Source of the DNA: an uncultured Mailhella sp.
GTDB lineage: Bacteria > Desulfobacterota > Desulfovibrionia > Desulfovibrionales > Desulfovibrionaceae
NCBI GenBank assembly: GCA_944322695.1
Contig: CALUPQ010000028.1
Coordinates: 25,525-89,524, forward strand
DNA: 64,000 nucleotides
Direction of reading: 5' to 3'
Position numbers and translations under genes: made by a program. Positions 21,090-31,741 of the stretch are shown in pieces. The notes under the pieces are model-generated. The model was given only the letters and a program-made list of their open reading frames with translations. It was not told where the DNA came from and made no database searches. How positions within the stretch are numbered: the stretch's first letter is position 1; each line of letters opens with the position of its first letter.

Positions 21090-22214
21090 CTATACCCTGT
21101 CTTTAAGCGGCAGATAGTCGATATCGAAACCGTAGTGACGAGGGTCGAGCATGGGCAGGTTTTCAGGGCGCAGGTGCAGTTCTCTGGCGGGAAGGCCGAG
21201 AATGACGAAGTGCTGGCCTTCCTGGCACTCGTTGTTCAGGAGCGGCCGGCCGAGGTTGTATTCTATCTGGCAAATCATGTCCGGGCTGGTGGCATAGGGA
21301 ACGTCATCCAGCCAGGCCACGTGGTTCTCGTTCTTGAACCAGATGCGCAGGGTATGACCGGCGAACTCCGCTTCGCCCTCAAACGTGTTGTAGCCGTCGA
21401 GGTAGCCGTCCTTGACGGTCCATTCGGCGCGCACCAGCCTGCCCTGGAAAAGACGCTTCGCGCCGGTATGCTGCATCACGGCTTCCACCATGTCCTTGCC
21501 GGCTTCCCTGGCCTCGCGGGCGCAGCGGCCGATGCCCACGCATTCGCTGACCGTGCCGTGCACGGTGGCCTTCTTCATGACCGAAGCGGGCACGGGGGAA
21601 AGGGCGAGAGCGGTGTTGCCGAAGGCCGCCATGGCGAGCATCTTGCCGATGCGTTCGCCCAGAGCCTCGTTGACGATATCATACACAACGGACTTGTTGC
21701 CCCATTTGTCCACGGAGACGATGGGAGTCATGCTCTCGCCGAGCAGACAGGAACCGCTCTGCGCCACTTCGGGCAGGGCGCGGCCGCAGTAGTCCGCATC
21801 CACGGCCTTGATGCCGAGAATGGACGCCGTGGCGATGGGGGAAGGAGTGTTGGCGCCGCCGATTTCGGGAATGATGAGCGCATCGACCTTACGACCCGCA
21901 ATCTTTTCAAAGAAGCGGACGGCTTCCACCATGTTGTTCTCGTACTTCCATTCCGTCAGGCCCAGCGACTTCTTCTGAGCTTCCTGCTCAGGGGTGAGCG
22001 GGGCGCGGTTTCCCATGAAGGTCACGCATACGGTAAGGGCGTCGTCGGGAAGAGAAAGGGGGTCCACGCACTCGATGCTTCCCTTTTCCGCAAGTTCGCG
22101 GCTCAGAAGCTTATGGCCTTCCGCAGGAGTTCCGCCGCCGCCGACACCGAGAAGCGTTGCCCCCCAGGTAAGGTCTTCAACGTCAATCTGGGATTTAAGA
22201 ATAATGCCGCTCAT
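21090..22214 (-). CDS. DUF917 family protein (thiohydantoin desulfurase-like), paralog A
   Basis: GATLLGVGGGG, PEIGGANT, DADYCGRALPE, WFKNEN, SPDMI motifs characteristic of DUF917. Confidence 0.88.
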   Translation of the reverse strand: MSGIILKSQIDVEDLTWGATLLGVGGGGTPAEGHKLLSRELAEKGSIECVDPLSLPDDALTVCVTFMGNRAPLTPEQEAQKKSLGLTEWKYENNMVEAVRFFEKIAGRKVDALIIPEIGGANTPSPIATASILGIKAVDADYCGRALPEVAQSGSCLLGESMTPIVSVDKWGNKSVVYDIVNEALGERIGKMLAMAAFGNTALALSPVPASVMKKATVHGTVSECVGIGRCAREAREAGKDMVEAVMQHTGAKRLFQGRLVRAEWTVKDGYLDGYNTFEGEAEFAGHTLRIWFKNENHVAWLDDVPYATSPDMICQIEYNLGRPLLNNECQEGQHFVILGLPARELHLRPENLPMLDPRHYGFDIDYLPLKDRV

Positions 22215-22371
22215 AAGAAACCTCGCTTTGAAAGAGTTGACGACATTCCGGCAATGCTCCCCCGATGGGAAGCAACGGCCCCGACGACCGCGGTACGGAT
22301 TCCCCGGAAAGGGGCGGAACCCGCAGAGTCTTCACGGAACATGCCGCAAAGGCCCCAATCCCGAACAAATA

Positions 22372-23595
22372 TTACAGAAGAGGCTCCGTCGCCCCTTCCA
22401 GCCCTGCCAGGGCGAAAATGAGCAGAAGCAGCGCCTGCGCGCCCTTCCAGCTGTCCTGCGGGTCATACCATTCATCCGGCGAATGCATGTTGCCGCAACG
22501 GCCGTTGCTGTTCACGCAGAGGGCCGGAATGCCCGCGCTGATGGGAAAGTTCGCGTTGGTGCTCGAAGGCGGACAGATGTGTCTTTCCACCTCCACGGCA
22601 CGGGCCGAGGCCAGCGCAGCCTGAACGATGAGGGAATCTTCCGGCACGCTTCCGCCGGGCTTGTCTCCGTAAGGCCTGTCCACCACCGTCAGCGGTGCGG
22701 AACCCGGATGACGGCGATTCTCCTCATCCACGGCTCTTTTCACGCAGTCGAGAATGCGGGCCTCCAGCCTCGCCTTTTCCACGTCGTCCAGAGAACGTAT
22801 GTCCACGTGCATGGACGCCTGCGACGCAATGGAGTTCACCGACGTGCCTCCCGCGACAAGTCCCACGTTGTACGTGGTCTTCACGTGCTGCTCCGGCTCG
22901 ATGTCCGCAATCATGGCTATGGCCCGGCCGAGAGCATGCACGGGATTGACCCGGCCCCAGTTGTTCCAGCTGTGCCCGCCTGGGCCTTTCAGCGTGATTT
23001 CATGGCGCTTGCAGGACACCGCCCCGCGGATGATGTCGAAGTCATGCCCGCTGTCAAGACAGAGATACGCGGCAAGATTCTTCTGCGTTTCCATAAGATG
23101 ACGCACGCCGCGCGCCTCCCCGGGAGCTTCCTCGCCCACGGTCCCTCCGAACATGAGGGTCTTTACCGGTGAAAGCCCGCAGGCGCGGATGGCCCTGACC
23201 ACCGAAAGCTCCGTGGCCATGGACGCCGTATTGTCGGCAATGCCGGGACAACGCAGCACGCCGTCCTCATCTTCGGTCAGCGAGAGCGGAACGTTCTTTC
23301 CGAACACCGTGTCCATGTGGGCTTCCACCAGCACGCGTTCCGTCTCCCTTCCCCGGACAAAGCCGAAGACGTTTCCCACCTCGTCGGTAAAGCAGTCCCC
23401 GAGCCCTGCGGCCTCCAGCCTGCCGAGAAACATGGGGGACCTTATTTCCGGCTCGGTATGAGGAGCTCCGGAAACGAGCACCATCTCCTTCAGGTCAGCG
23501 CGCTTCCTGTCCTCATCGTCGCGAAGAAAGGCAAGAGCCTTCCGTACGCGTTCATCGGCCAGCAGTGCCTCCATGACGGCTTCCATTTTCTTCAT
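22372..23595 (-). CDS. M20/M25/M40-family metallo-amidohydrolase/peptidase
   Basis: DEVGNV, EAHMDTVF, GIADN, GEE, GPGGHSW..GRVNP, GGTSVNSI, STNAN..I..GIP, H.PDEW. Confidence 0.88.
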   Translation of the reverse strand: MKKMEAVMEALLADERVRKALAFLRDDEDRKRADLKEMVLVSGAPHTEPEIRSPMFLGRLEAAGLGDCFTDEVGNVFGFVRGRETERVLVEAHMDTVFGKNVPLSLTEDEDGVLRCPGIADNTASMATELSVVRAIRACGLSPVKTLMFGGTVGEEAPGEARGVRHLMETQKNLAAYLCLDSGHDFDIIRGAVSCKRHEITLKGPGGHSWNNWGRVNPVHALGRAIAMIADIEPEQHVKTTYNVGLVAGGTSVNSIASQASMHVDIRSLDDVEKARLEARILDCVKRAVDEENRRHPGSAPLTVVDRPYGDKPGGSVPEDSLIVQAALASARAVEVERHICPPSSTNANFPISAGIPALCVNSNGRCGNMHSPDEWYDPQDSWKGAQALLLLIFALAGLEGATEPLL

Positions 23596-23605
23596 AATTC
23601 ACTTC

Positions 23606-24406
23606 CTATCGCCAGATGACGGACAGCTCCCGCCGCGGCGGCACCCTTCTGAACTTCACCTTCGGCCAGCCCACCATGAGCCCGCCGAAAATCTGTCTCG
23701 TACTATCCAGCCCCAGGAACTCCACCAGGTCGGGCCGCTCCGCCGCCATGTGCGCCGCCAGGCCGGACCAGCAGCTGCCGAGCCCTGCGGAGGCGAGCAG
23801 AAGCTCCATATCCTCCAGCGCGATGGCGCAGTCCTGAATGCTGGTGGGTATGCCCGCCGTGGCATGGGCGAGCAGCACGCAGGGCGCACCGCGCAGCACC
23901 GTGTCATGTCCGCGGCGGTACTCCTCGCCTATGCTGCGGTAGTTCTCCGACTGCAGAGCCCATTCGGCAATGGCCTCCGCCAGCTGCCTGCGGGCTTCCG
24001 GGCTTTCCAGCACTATCCAGCCCACGTCCTGCCGGTTGCAGGCCGTGGGAGCCCAGCGGTTTTTATCCAGCAAAGATTCCAGAAGCGTCCGCTCCACGGG
24101 CCTGTCGCTGAAAAATCGCACGGAACGGCGCATCTGAAGAAAAAGACTCAGACTCTCCAGAGGAACGCGCCACGTTTCCGGCTCCAGATTCTTCTGGACA
24201 AGCTCATGCCCGTCCTCCCAGAGAGTGACGGCATTCCGGGGACATACGGCATGGCAGTGGCCGCAACCGTGACAGGGACGGGGAACCATCCGGCAGGGGG
24301 CCGCCACGCCGTTCTCAAGACAAAGCTGAGAGGAAGGACAGACTTCCACGCAGGCGGCGCATCCTATACAGCGCCCGGCGTCGATACGGGGATAACGCAT
24401 GCTCAC
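23606..24406 (-). CDS. Nitroreductase-family protein with N-terminal 2x[4Fe-4S] ferredoxin domain
   Basis: CIGCAACVEVCP and CHGCGHCHAVCP; RRSVRFF, WAPTACNRQ, GLGSCW. Confidence 0.9.
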   Translation of the reverse strand: MSMRYPRIDAGRCIGCAACVEVCPSSQLCLENGVAAPCRMVPRPCHGCGHCHAVCPRNAVTLWEDGHELVQKNLEPETWRVPLESLSLFLQMRRSVRFFSDRPVERTLLESLLDKNRWAPTACNRQDVGWIVLESPEARRQLAEAIAEWALQSENYRSIGEEYRRGHDTVLRGAPCVLLAHATAGIPTSIQDCAIALEDMELLLASAGLGSCWSGLAAHMAAERPDLVEFLGLDSTRQIFGGLMVGWPKVKFRRVPPRRELSVIWR

Positions 24407-25077
24407 TCCTCGCTGTTCACAAGTTCCGCCGCAAAACGGGCCACCAGACTGTTCGCCTGTATCACCGGACAGTGGCAGACGCGACGCACGGCCTCCCGGT
24501 AAGGCGCGGTATAGCCCATGCAGTGCAGCAGCACGACGTCGGCCCCCTTCAGAGCCGCGGCCGCCGCTTCGGCCTTCCGCACATCCTCATAGGGCGAAGC
24601 CGCCGCCGTGACGAAACGGCAGGGAAGAGAACCGTAATGTTCCGTAAGCTCGCGCCCCTGGTCGGCAAGCGGAGTAAGCAGTCCGACGGTTCCTCCTTCG
24701 CGCGCCACGGCATCCACGGCGCTGTCGATGATTCTGCCCGCCTCCAGCACCAGCATGCCTTCCGGCACGTTCAGGGAAAAACGGCAGGTGCACAGCAGCA
24801 CGACCGTGCGTACCCCCTGTGCATGCAGAGCCTGAAGTCCCTGTTCCAGCAGCGCCGCGGCCTGCTTTTTCCCAAGGCTGCACTGCGAGCCGTCCCGAAG
24901 ACGGGAAACCAGAGGAAAATCCCCGGGCAAAGGCTCAAGCGCCCTGCGGGCCTCCGCGTCAAGGCCGTCCAGAATGCCGTATTCCACAAGCTCCACATCG
25001 GGCATTTCCCGCTTCATGACGGGCAGAATGTCCGTACGCGGCGTTTCTCCCATGGAAAGAAGACCCAGTTTTTCCAT
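24403..25077 (-). CDS. AroM-family protein (Asp/Glu/hydantoin racemase-like fold), paralog 1
   Basis: LGLLSMGETPRTD, LDGL, SRLRDG, LLCT, ASPY, LHCMGY; start at ATG 25077. Confidence 0.85.
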   Translation of the reverse strand: MEKLGLLSMGETPRTDILPVMKREMPDVELVEYGILDGLDAEARRALEPLPGDFPLVSRLRDGSQCSLGKKQAAALLEQGLQALHAQGVRTVVLLCTCRFSLNVPEGMLVLEAGRIIDSAVDAVAREGGTVGLLTPLADQGRELTEHYGSLPCRFVTAAASPYEDVRKAEAAAAALKGADVVLLHCMGYTAPYREAVRRVCHCPVIQANSLVARFAAELVNSEE

Positions 25078-25078
25078 G

Positions 25079-25768
25079 CTACCGCTCCGACAGAAGTTCG
25101 GCACATACGTGTCCGACAAGCGCGCTGGACTGCAGCACCATGGCGCCGCTTGCCTGCGCGATGAATTCGCGGTGTTCGCGCGTGTACCCCATGCAGTGGA
25201 GAACCACGGCGCCGCAGCCCCGCAAAGTCACGGCCGCCCTTTCCAGCTCCGCCCGGTCTCCGTAGGGACTCGCGTGAGCCGTAACGACCTCGTAGCCCAT
25301 GTCTTCGAACTTTCTTCCGGTAAAGGCCTCCTGCGAGGCAAGCGGCACCAGGGCGCCGAGCCTGGAGCCCGCCGGTACCGCCGCGCGGACGCATCCGTCG
25401 ATGATGTCCCTGCCGGAAAGCAGCGTCAGGCTCTTCGGACAGACAACGCCTTCAAAGGCCCCCGTGCACATGAGCACCGCCACATCCACGCCCTCGGCGG
25501 AAAATTCGCGCAGTTTCGCGTTCACAAGGCCGGTCAGCAAAGGCTTGGACATGACGACGGAAGAACCGTCGTCCAAACGGCTTATGACGGGATGCTCGGA
25601 AGAGGAACGGGGGGCGAGAGCCTCCATCTCCTCCCGGGAAAGCCCATCCAGCAGGCCCTTTTCCGTCACATGGACGGATGGCCCTGCGAGAGCGCGTATC
25701 ACGGGCCCGTAATCCAGGCGGGGACTCTGCCCCACCGCCAAAAGTCCCAGAGTTTTCACGGCAGACAC
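25079..25768 (-). CDS. AroM-family protein, paralog 2
   Basis: LGLLAVGQSPRLD, LDGL, SRLDDG, LMCTG, ASPY, LHCMGY. Confidence 0.85.
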   Translation of the reverse strand: MSAVKTLGLLAVGQSPRLDYGPVIRALAGPSVHVTEKGLLDGLSREEMEALAPRSSSEHPVISRLDDGSSVVMSKPLLTGLVNAKLREFSAEGVDVAVLMCTGAFEGVVCPKSLTLLSGRDIIDGCVRAAVPAGSRLGALVPLASQEAFTGRKFEDMGYEVVTAHASPYGDRAELERAAVTLRGCGAVVLHCMGYTREHREFIAQASGAMVLQSSALVGHVCAELLSER

Positions 25769-25770
25769 CT

Positions 25771-26442
25771 TCAGACAAGAAGTTCACCGGCCATGCGCCC
25801 CATGACGGCGTTGGCCTCCAGCATCAGCGCGCCGCTGGCCTCGGCCACCACGCGCCGGTGCTCGCGCCCGTATCCCATGCAGTGCATCACCACGGCAAAG
25901 CAGCCTCTGAACACCCTGGCGTTTTCAGCCAGCTCCTTCATGTCTCCGTAGGGATTGCCGTGACCGCAGACGACATCGTAGCCCATGTCTCGGTATTTGC
26001 CGCCGGAAAGAGCCTCCTGCTCGGCAAGAGGCACCAGCACGCCGAGCTTCGCACCGGGCGGGCATACGGCGAGCACGGCATGGTCGATAATCTGCCGCCC
26101 CTGAAGAAGAGCGAAGCCTTCCGGCGCCTCCAGCCCCTCGAAGCTGCCCGTGCACATGAGACAGCCCAGAGTCGTGCCCGATTCGAGCATCTCACGCATG
26201 ATTCTGTTGAGATGCGGTACGAGCATAGGCTTGGACACCCTGACGGAGCGGCCGTCGCTCAGCTCCGTGACCACGGGATGCTCGCCCGGCCGGGGAGCCA
26301 TGGCCGCAATATCCTCATCCGTCAGACCGTCCAGCGCGCCGCGTACGTCAAGCCGGACATCCGTGCCGACAATGTCGCGAATCACGGGAACGAAATCGCC
26401 GTCCGTCGACTGCCCTATGCTGATGAGTCCGAGTCTTTTCAT
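25771..26442 (-). CDS. AroM-family protein, paralog 3
   Basis: LGLISIGQSTDGD, LDGL, TELSDG, LMCTG, NPY, MHCMGY. Confidence 0.85.
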   Translation of the reverse strand: MKRLGLISIGQSTDGDFVPVIRDIVGTDVRLDVRGALDGLTDEDIAAMAPRPGEHPVVTELSDGRSVRVSKPMLVPHLNRIMREMLESGTTLGCLMCTGSFEGLEAPEGFALLQGRQIIDHAVLAVCPPGAKLGVLVPLAEQEALSGGKYRDMGYDVVCGHGNPYGDMKELAENARVFRGCFAVVMHCMGYGREHRRVVAEASGALMLEANAVMGRMAGELLV

Positions 26443-26451
26443 AAGACACCT

Positions 26452-27264
26452 CTACTTCTTTCCGCCGTACAGGGTCTTCAGACCAACGGAATGCTCCATG
26501 AGGAACATCATGCCGTAGGCGAGAACGATGTTGATGGTGGCGATGGCAGCCGCCACGGGGTCGAATTCGAAGCGCAGGTAGTCGAACATCTGCACGGGCA
26601 GCGTGGAATACCCGGGCCCGGTGAGCAGCAGGGACAGGGGGAACTGGTCGAAGGAACTGATGAAGGCGAACACGCCGGAGCCGATGATGCCGTTCTTGAT
26701 GTGAGGCAGCGTGACGTAGAAGAAGGTCTGCAGGCGGGTGGCACCCAGGTTGCGCGCGGCTTCCTCCATGGAATAGTCGAAGTTGTACAGCACGCTGCTC
26801 ACCACCAGAAAGACGTAGGGCGTGGTGATGAGCGTATGACCTGCATACAGCCCGAAGAAGGTCTTGCCGCCCACGCCGATGCTGTAGAACGAGACCATGA
26901 GCGCAAGACCGGTGAGGATGGAAGGCAGCATGAGCGGCGAGAGCATGTACGGACGCAGAATGGAGGCCAGTCTGCCCGAATAGCGCACCACGTACAGCGC
27001 TGCGCCGAGCCCTATGAGCGTGGAGGACACCGAGGCGGCCAGCGCCAGCTTAAGGCTGAAGTAGAAGGATTCCATCATCTGCTCGGTGGCGAAGAGCTTG
27101 GAAAACCACTTCAGGGAGAATCCGTCCGGCGGAAAATGCAGGTATTCACCGCCGTTGAAGGCGGCCAGCACCACGATGACCGTGGGCAGCAGCAGAAACA
27201 CGTAGGCCAGAAACACCATGACGTCCACGAGACGGTCGGTAAGGTTCTTTTTCTGTTCTCTCAT
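26452..27264 (-). CDS. ABC transporter permease (PotC-like)
   Basis: FSLKWF, EEAARNLGATRLQTFFYVTLP (EAA loop), FISSFDQF. Confidence 0.9.
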   Translation of the reverse strand: MREQKKNLTDRLVDVMVFLAYVFLLLPTVIVVLAAFNGGEYLHFPPDGFSLKWFSKLFATEQMMESFYFSLKLALAASVSSTLIGLGAALYVVRYSGRLASILRPYMLSPLMLPSILTGLALMVSFYSIGVGGKTFFGLYAGHTLITTPYVFLVVSSVLYNFDYSMEEAARNLGATRLQTFFYVTLPHIKNGIIGSGVFAFISSFDQFPLSLLLTGPGYSTLPVQMFDYLRFEFDPVAAAIATINIVLAYGMMFLMEHSVGLKTLYGGKK

Positions 27265-28130
27265 TACTTCAGCCCCCGCATGGCATGCATGAGCACCTTG
27301 ATGTAGATGCTCAGCAGGGTAACGACGATGACGAACATGATGACGGCCATGGACGCTCCACCGGGCCAGTCAAAGGCATCCAGCGCGGTCTGCACTATCA
27401 TGAGCGGCGTGGTGAGCGTCTTGTTGCCGCCGAGCAGCAGCGGAATGGCATAGGAGCTGATGGTAAGCACGAACACCAGAATGGAGCCCGACATGATGCC
27501 CGGCAGCGACATGGGCAGGGTTATCTTGCGGAAAGCCGTGAATCTGCTCGCGCCGAGGCTGCGCGCGGTATATTCCAGCTCGGGGTTGATGGCCTGAATG
27601 GAGCCGGTGAGAGAAATGACCATGTAGGGCATGTACACCTGCACAAGACCCACCATGACGCCGAACATGTTGTACATGAGCGGCAGCGGCGCATCGATGA
27701 TGCCCGCCTTGAGCAGAAGGTCGTTGATGAGGCCCTTGTCGGCGAGAAGCACCATCCAGCCGTAGCAGCGGATGACCACGCCCACCAGCAGGGGAGAAAT
27801 GACCACCATGTACAGCAGACTGCGGTACTTCGAGCGGCTTCTGGCCAGACGATAGGCCAGAGGATAGCTGATGAGCAGACAGATGACGACCGTGGCCACG
27901 CCGCCGAGCAGCGTTTCGCCGAGTATCGTCCAGAAAAACGGGTCGGTCAGATTGAAAACGTAGTTTTCCAGCGTGAATCCGGGAAGATAGGCGCTGCTCG
28001 AACTTGTGGGCTTGAAGCTGACATATCCGAGAAAGGAATACGGCAGCACGAAGAAAATCATAATCCACAGCGCCGCTGGCAGGAACAGAAGCATGCGGGA
28101 AGCGGCCTGCTGCGTTTTGGTGACGGCCAT
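27264..28130 (-). CDS. ABC transporter permease (PotB-like)
   Basis: LLISYPLAY, VVIRCYGW, GLIN, ARSLGAS...ITLPMSLPGI. Confidence 0.9.
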   Translation of the reverse strand: MAVTKTQQAASRMLLFLPAALWIMIFFVLPYSFLGYVSFKPTSSSSAYLPGFTLENYVFNLTDPFFWTILGETLLGGVATVVICLLISYPLAYRLARSRSKYRSLLYMVVISPLLVGVVIRCYGWMVLLADKGLINDLLLKAGIIDAPLPLMYNMFGVMVGLVQVYMPYMVISLTGSIQAINPELEYTARSLGASRFTAFRKITLPMSLPGIMSGSILVFVLTISSYAIPLLLGGNKTLTTPLMIVQTALDAFDWPGGASMAVIMFVIVVTLLSIYIKVLMHAMRGLK

Positions 28131-28139
28131 GGCAAACTC

Positions 28140-29228
<1,089 letters not shown>

Positions 29229-29500
29229 GATGCCTCTCCAGTCTTTTCACCGTTGCAATGGGGATAGGTTTCGAACATTCGGGGGGCAGGCCGCCCGTCG
29301 GCCTAAAACACTCCGGAAAACTCCTTCTAAAAAGGAGCCTGCCTTTTCCGACAGGACGGCCTTTTCCCCTCGTAAGGAACGGAGCCCCTTTCAGGGCCCC
29401 TCCCTTTCCGGTTGCCGGACCGGGAAAACGCCTTTTTCCGTCAAGGCTGCGGGACTTTCCCGCAGCCTTCCATGCGGCCAAAGCAGGCCGCTCTCATGCA

Positions 29501-30529
29501 TCAGCGGGCAATCTTCTGGTTCCATTCGCGAATGATGCGGCTCTTGGTACCGTTGAAGAACGCCCAGTCGAAAGCCTTGATGCGGCTCACGCCGTCAGGA
29601 CCGACGGGAATGTAGGGTTTGAGGTCTTCCGGCACTTCCACGCCCTTGGTGCAGGGAGTGGTGTAGAAGCGGCGCACGAACTTGGCCTGCACTTCGGGAG
29701 TGAGAAGGTAATCAATCCAGGCATGGGCGAGGTCCTTGTGCTCGGAACCGACATGCACGGCAAAGACCTGTTCGAACATGAGCATGTGTTCCGCAGGTTC
29801 GGACCAGCCAATCTTCACGCCGGCCTTCATGAGACGGGCGATGGCGGGAGTGTCCAGAATGCCGATTTCCACTTCGCCGAGCGTGAGCTGCTTTTCCATG
29901 TCGCCGGAAAATTCCGAAAGCTTGAAGGGCTTGAGCTCGTTAATCTTGTCCATGGCCTTCGAGGTCTGCGTCTGGTCGTTGAACCACACGTCGCCCACGC
30001 TCAGCAGGAACTGGGCGCCCATGGAGTTGGTGGCCGTGTACAGGCCGAGCTTGTTCTTGTATTCGGGCTTCCACAAATCCTTCCAGCTCTTCGGAGGATT
30101 GCTCACCTTGTCGGTAAGATAGGCGATACCCGCAGGCTGTACGACGCCGATGACGCCGCTGGTCTTGCCGTTCTTGTCCTTGAAGGTGATGAGCGCATCC
30201 TTGAGGTGGGGAATCTTCGATTCGTCAAACGGGTCGAAATATCCTTCAAGACGCATCTGGTTCGCCCAGATTTCATTCATCATGACCACGTCGTAGGGCG
30301 CCTTGTCCTTGCCGCTTGCACGCATTTCCGCCAGCCAGTCCTTGGCGAGACCGATGGCGAGCTTGATTTCGCAGTCATGCTTCTTGGCGAATTCAGGAAT
30401 GATTTCCGTCTCGAAGAAGTTCTGGTAGGCACCGCCGTAGCATGTCATAATCAGGGTTTCGCGAGCGTTTGCAAAACCGGGAACGGCAAGAACGGCAGCC
30501 AGAAGAAGAGAGGCAATCTTTGTCTTCAT
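29501..30529 (-). CDS. ABC transporter periplasmic substrate-binding protein (PotD/PotF-like family)
   Basis: Signal peptide; YGGAY, PPKSWKDLWKPEYK, AWIDYLLTPEVQ; adjacent to PotABC-like genes. Confidence 0.88.
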   Translation of the reverse strand: MKTKIASLLLAAVLAVPGFANARETLIMTCYGGAYQNFFETEIIPEFAKKHDCEIKLAIGLAKDWLAEMRASGKDKAPYDVVMMNEIWANQMRLEGYFDPFDESKIPHLKDALITFKDKNGKTSGVIGVVQPAGIAYLTDKVSNPPKSWKDLWKPEYKNKLGLYTATNSMGAQFLLSVGDVWFNDQTQTSKAMDKINELKPFKLSEFSGDMEKQLTLGEVEIGILDTPAIARLMKAGVKIGWSEPAEHMLMFEQVFAVHVGSEHKDLAHAWIDYLLTPEVQAKFVRRFYTTPCTKGVEVPEDLKPYIPVGPDGVSRIKAFDWAFFNGTKSRIIREWNQKIAR

Positions 30530-30545
30530 ATACGTCTCCTTTGCA

Positions 30546-31673
30546 TTATTTGACGAGCTCTTCCATGGGAACGTAGTCGATATCGAAACCGTAATGGCGC
30601 GGCTCCATGAACGGCAGAGCCTTCGGCTCTCTGTGACGGGCGCGGGAGGGAACGGCCATGAAGCTGATGTTCATGCCTTCCTCTATTTCCTGCGTCATGA
30701 TGGGCTGTCCGCTGGCCGTCAGCACCTGCGCCACGCGGTCGGGCGTGGTCACATAGGGCTTTTCATCCAGCCAGGTGATATGGTTCTCGTTCTTGAACCA
30801 CACCTTGAACGTATGTCCTGCCCAGTTTCCGGTGCCTTCAAGCCAGTGATACCCGGAATAGTATCCGTCGGGGATGCCCCATTCCTTTCTGACCACCTTT
30901 CCCTCAAAGAGCATCTTCGCTCCCGTGAAATCCAGAAGGGCCTGACGCACGTCGCCGCCCGCTTCGCGGGTCAGACGCATGTGACGGCCAATTTCGAAGC
31001 ACTCCGTAAGCGTGTTGCGGAATATGTATTTCTTCATTTCGCGGCCGGTCATGAGGAAGAAGGCCATGGCGGTGTTGCCGAAGGCGGCGGTGGCCAGCAT
31101 CTTTCCTTCCCGCTCGGCCAGAGCGCTGTTCACGGTCTCATACACGACGGCCTTATTGCCCCACTTGTCCACGGAGGTCATGGGCGTAAGCGGCACGCCT
31201 TCAATGCAGGGCATGCCCTGCTTGGTTTCGGGCTTCGCCTTGCCCGTGTAGTCCCCGTTTATGGGAGTGATGCCGAGGCTGAGGGCCGTGGCCAGGGGAC
31301 CGGGCGTATTGGCCCCGCCGAGCTCGGAAGGAACGATGCCGGAAATCTTCTTTCCGGAAATCTTCTCCATGAAGCGCAGCGCTTCCAGAAGATTGTTCTC
31401 ATATTTCCATTCCACAAGGCCCAGATTCTTCTTCTGCTCCTCCTGCTCGGGCGTGAGAGGGGCCCTGTTCCCCATGAAGCTCGTGGTGACGACGTACTCG
31501 TCGTCGGGGAAATCGTCAGGGTCCACGGCCGTTACGGGACCGTGCTCGGCCATGGCCTTCTTGAGAAGCCTCAACCCTTCGGAGACAACGCCTCCGCCGC
31601 CGATTCCCTGAAAACATGCGCCCCAGGCGAGGTCTTCAACGTCCAGTTCCGTACTTATCGTAAGATTGGCCAT
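30546..31673 (-). CDS. DUF917 family protein (thiohydantoin desulfurase-like), paralog B; first gene of the operon
   Basis: GACFQGIGGGG, PSELGGANT, NGDYTGKAKPE, WFKNEN; collinear with paralog A; ATG at 31673 with AGGAG RBS. Confidence 0.88.
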   Translation of the reverse strand: MANLTISTELDVEDLAWGACFQGIGGGGVVSEGLRLLKKAMAEHGPVTAVDPDDFPDDEYVVTTSFMGNRAPLTPEQEEQKKNLGLVEWKYENNLLEALRFMEKISGKKISGIVPSELGGANTPGPLATALSLGITPINGDYTGKAKPETKQGMPCIEGVPLTPMTSVDKWGNKAVVYETVNSALAEREGKMLATAAFGNTAMAFFLMTGREMKKYIFRNTLTECFEIGRHMRLTREAGGDVRQALLDFTGAKMLFEGKVVRKEWGIPDGYYSGYHWLEGTGNWAGHTFKVWFKNENHITWLDEKPYVTTPDRVAQVLTASGQPIMTQEIEEGMNISFMAVPSRARHREPKALPFMEPRHYGFDIDYVPMEELVK

Positions 31674-31727
31674 ACGCACTCCTGTCATGCGCGACACGTT
31701 GAACGTGGAAAAAGTCTTTTCATTCTT

Positions 31728-31741
31728 TGTAAACGATTACA
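31728..31741. promoter_or_regulatory. LacI-family operator (TGTAAACGATTACA)
   Basis: Near-perfect 14-bp palindrome with central CG, typical of LacI/GalR operators. It lies 55 bp upstream of the operon start and just downstream of a minus-strand TTGACT -35-like hexamer (31748-31753). Confidence 0.75.

Noticed and set aside
24403-26442. Stop-codon readthrough (Pyl/Sec) or frameshift fusing the AroM paralogs
   Set aside because: Adjacent paralogs are in different frames with 1-2 nt gaps, and each is a full-length unit with its own start.
29330-29470. Possible mini-CRISPR or tandem repeat in the CCTTTTCC-rich spacer
   Set aside because: Repeats are short, degenerate and irregularly spaced; no cas genes.
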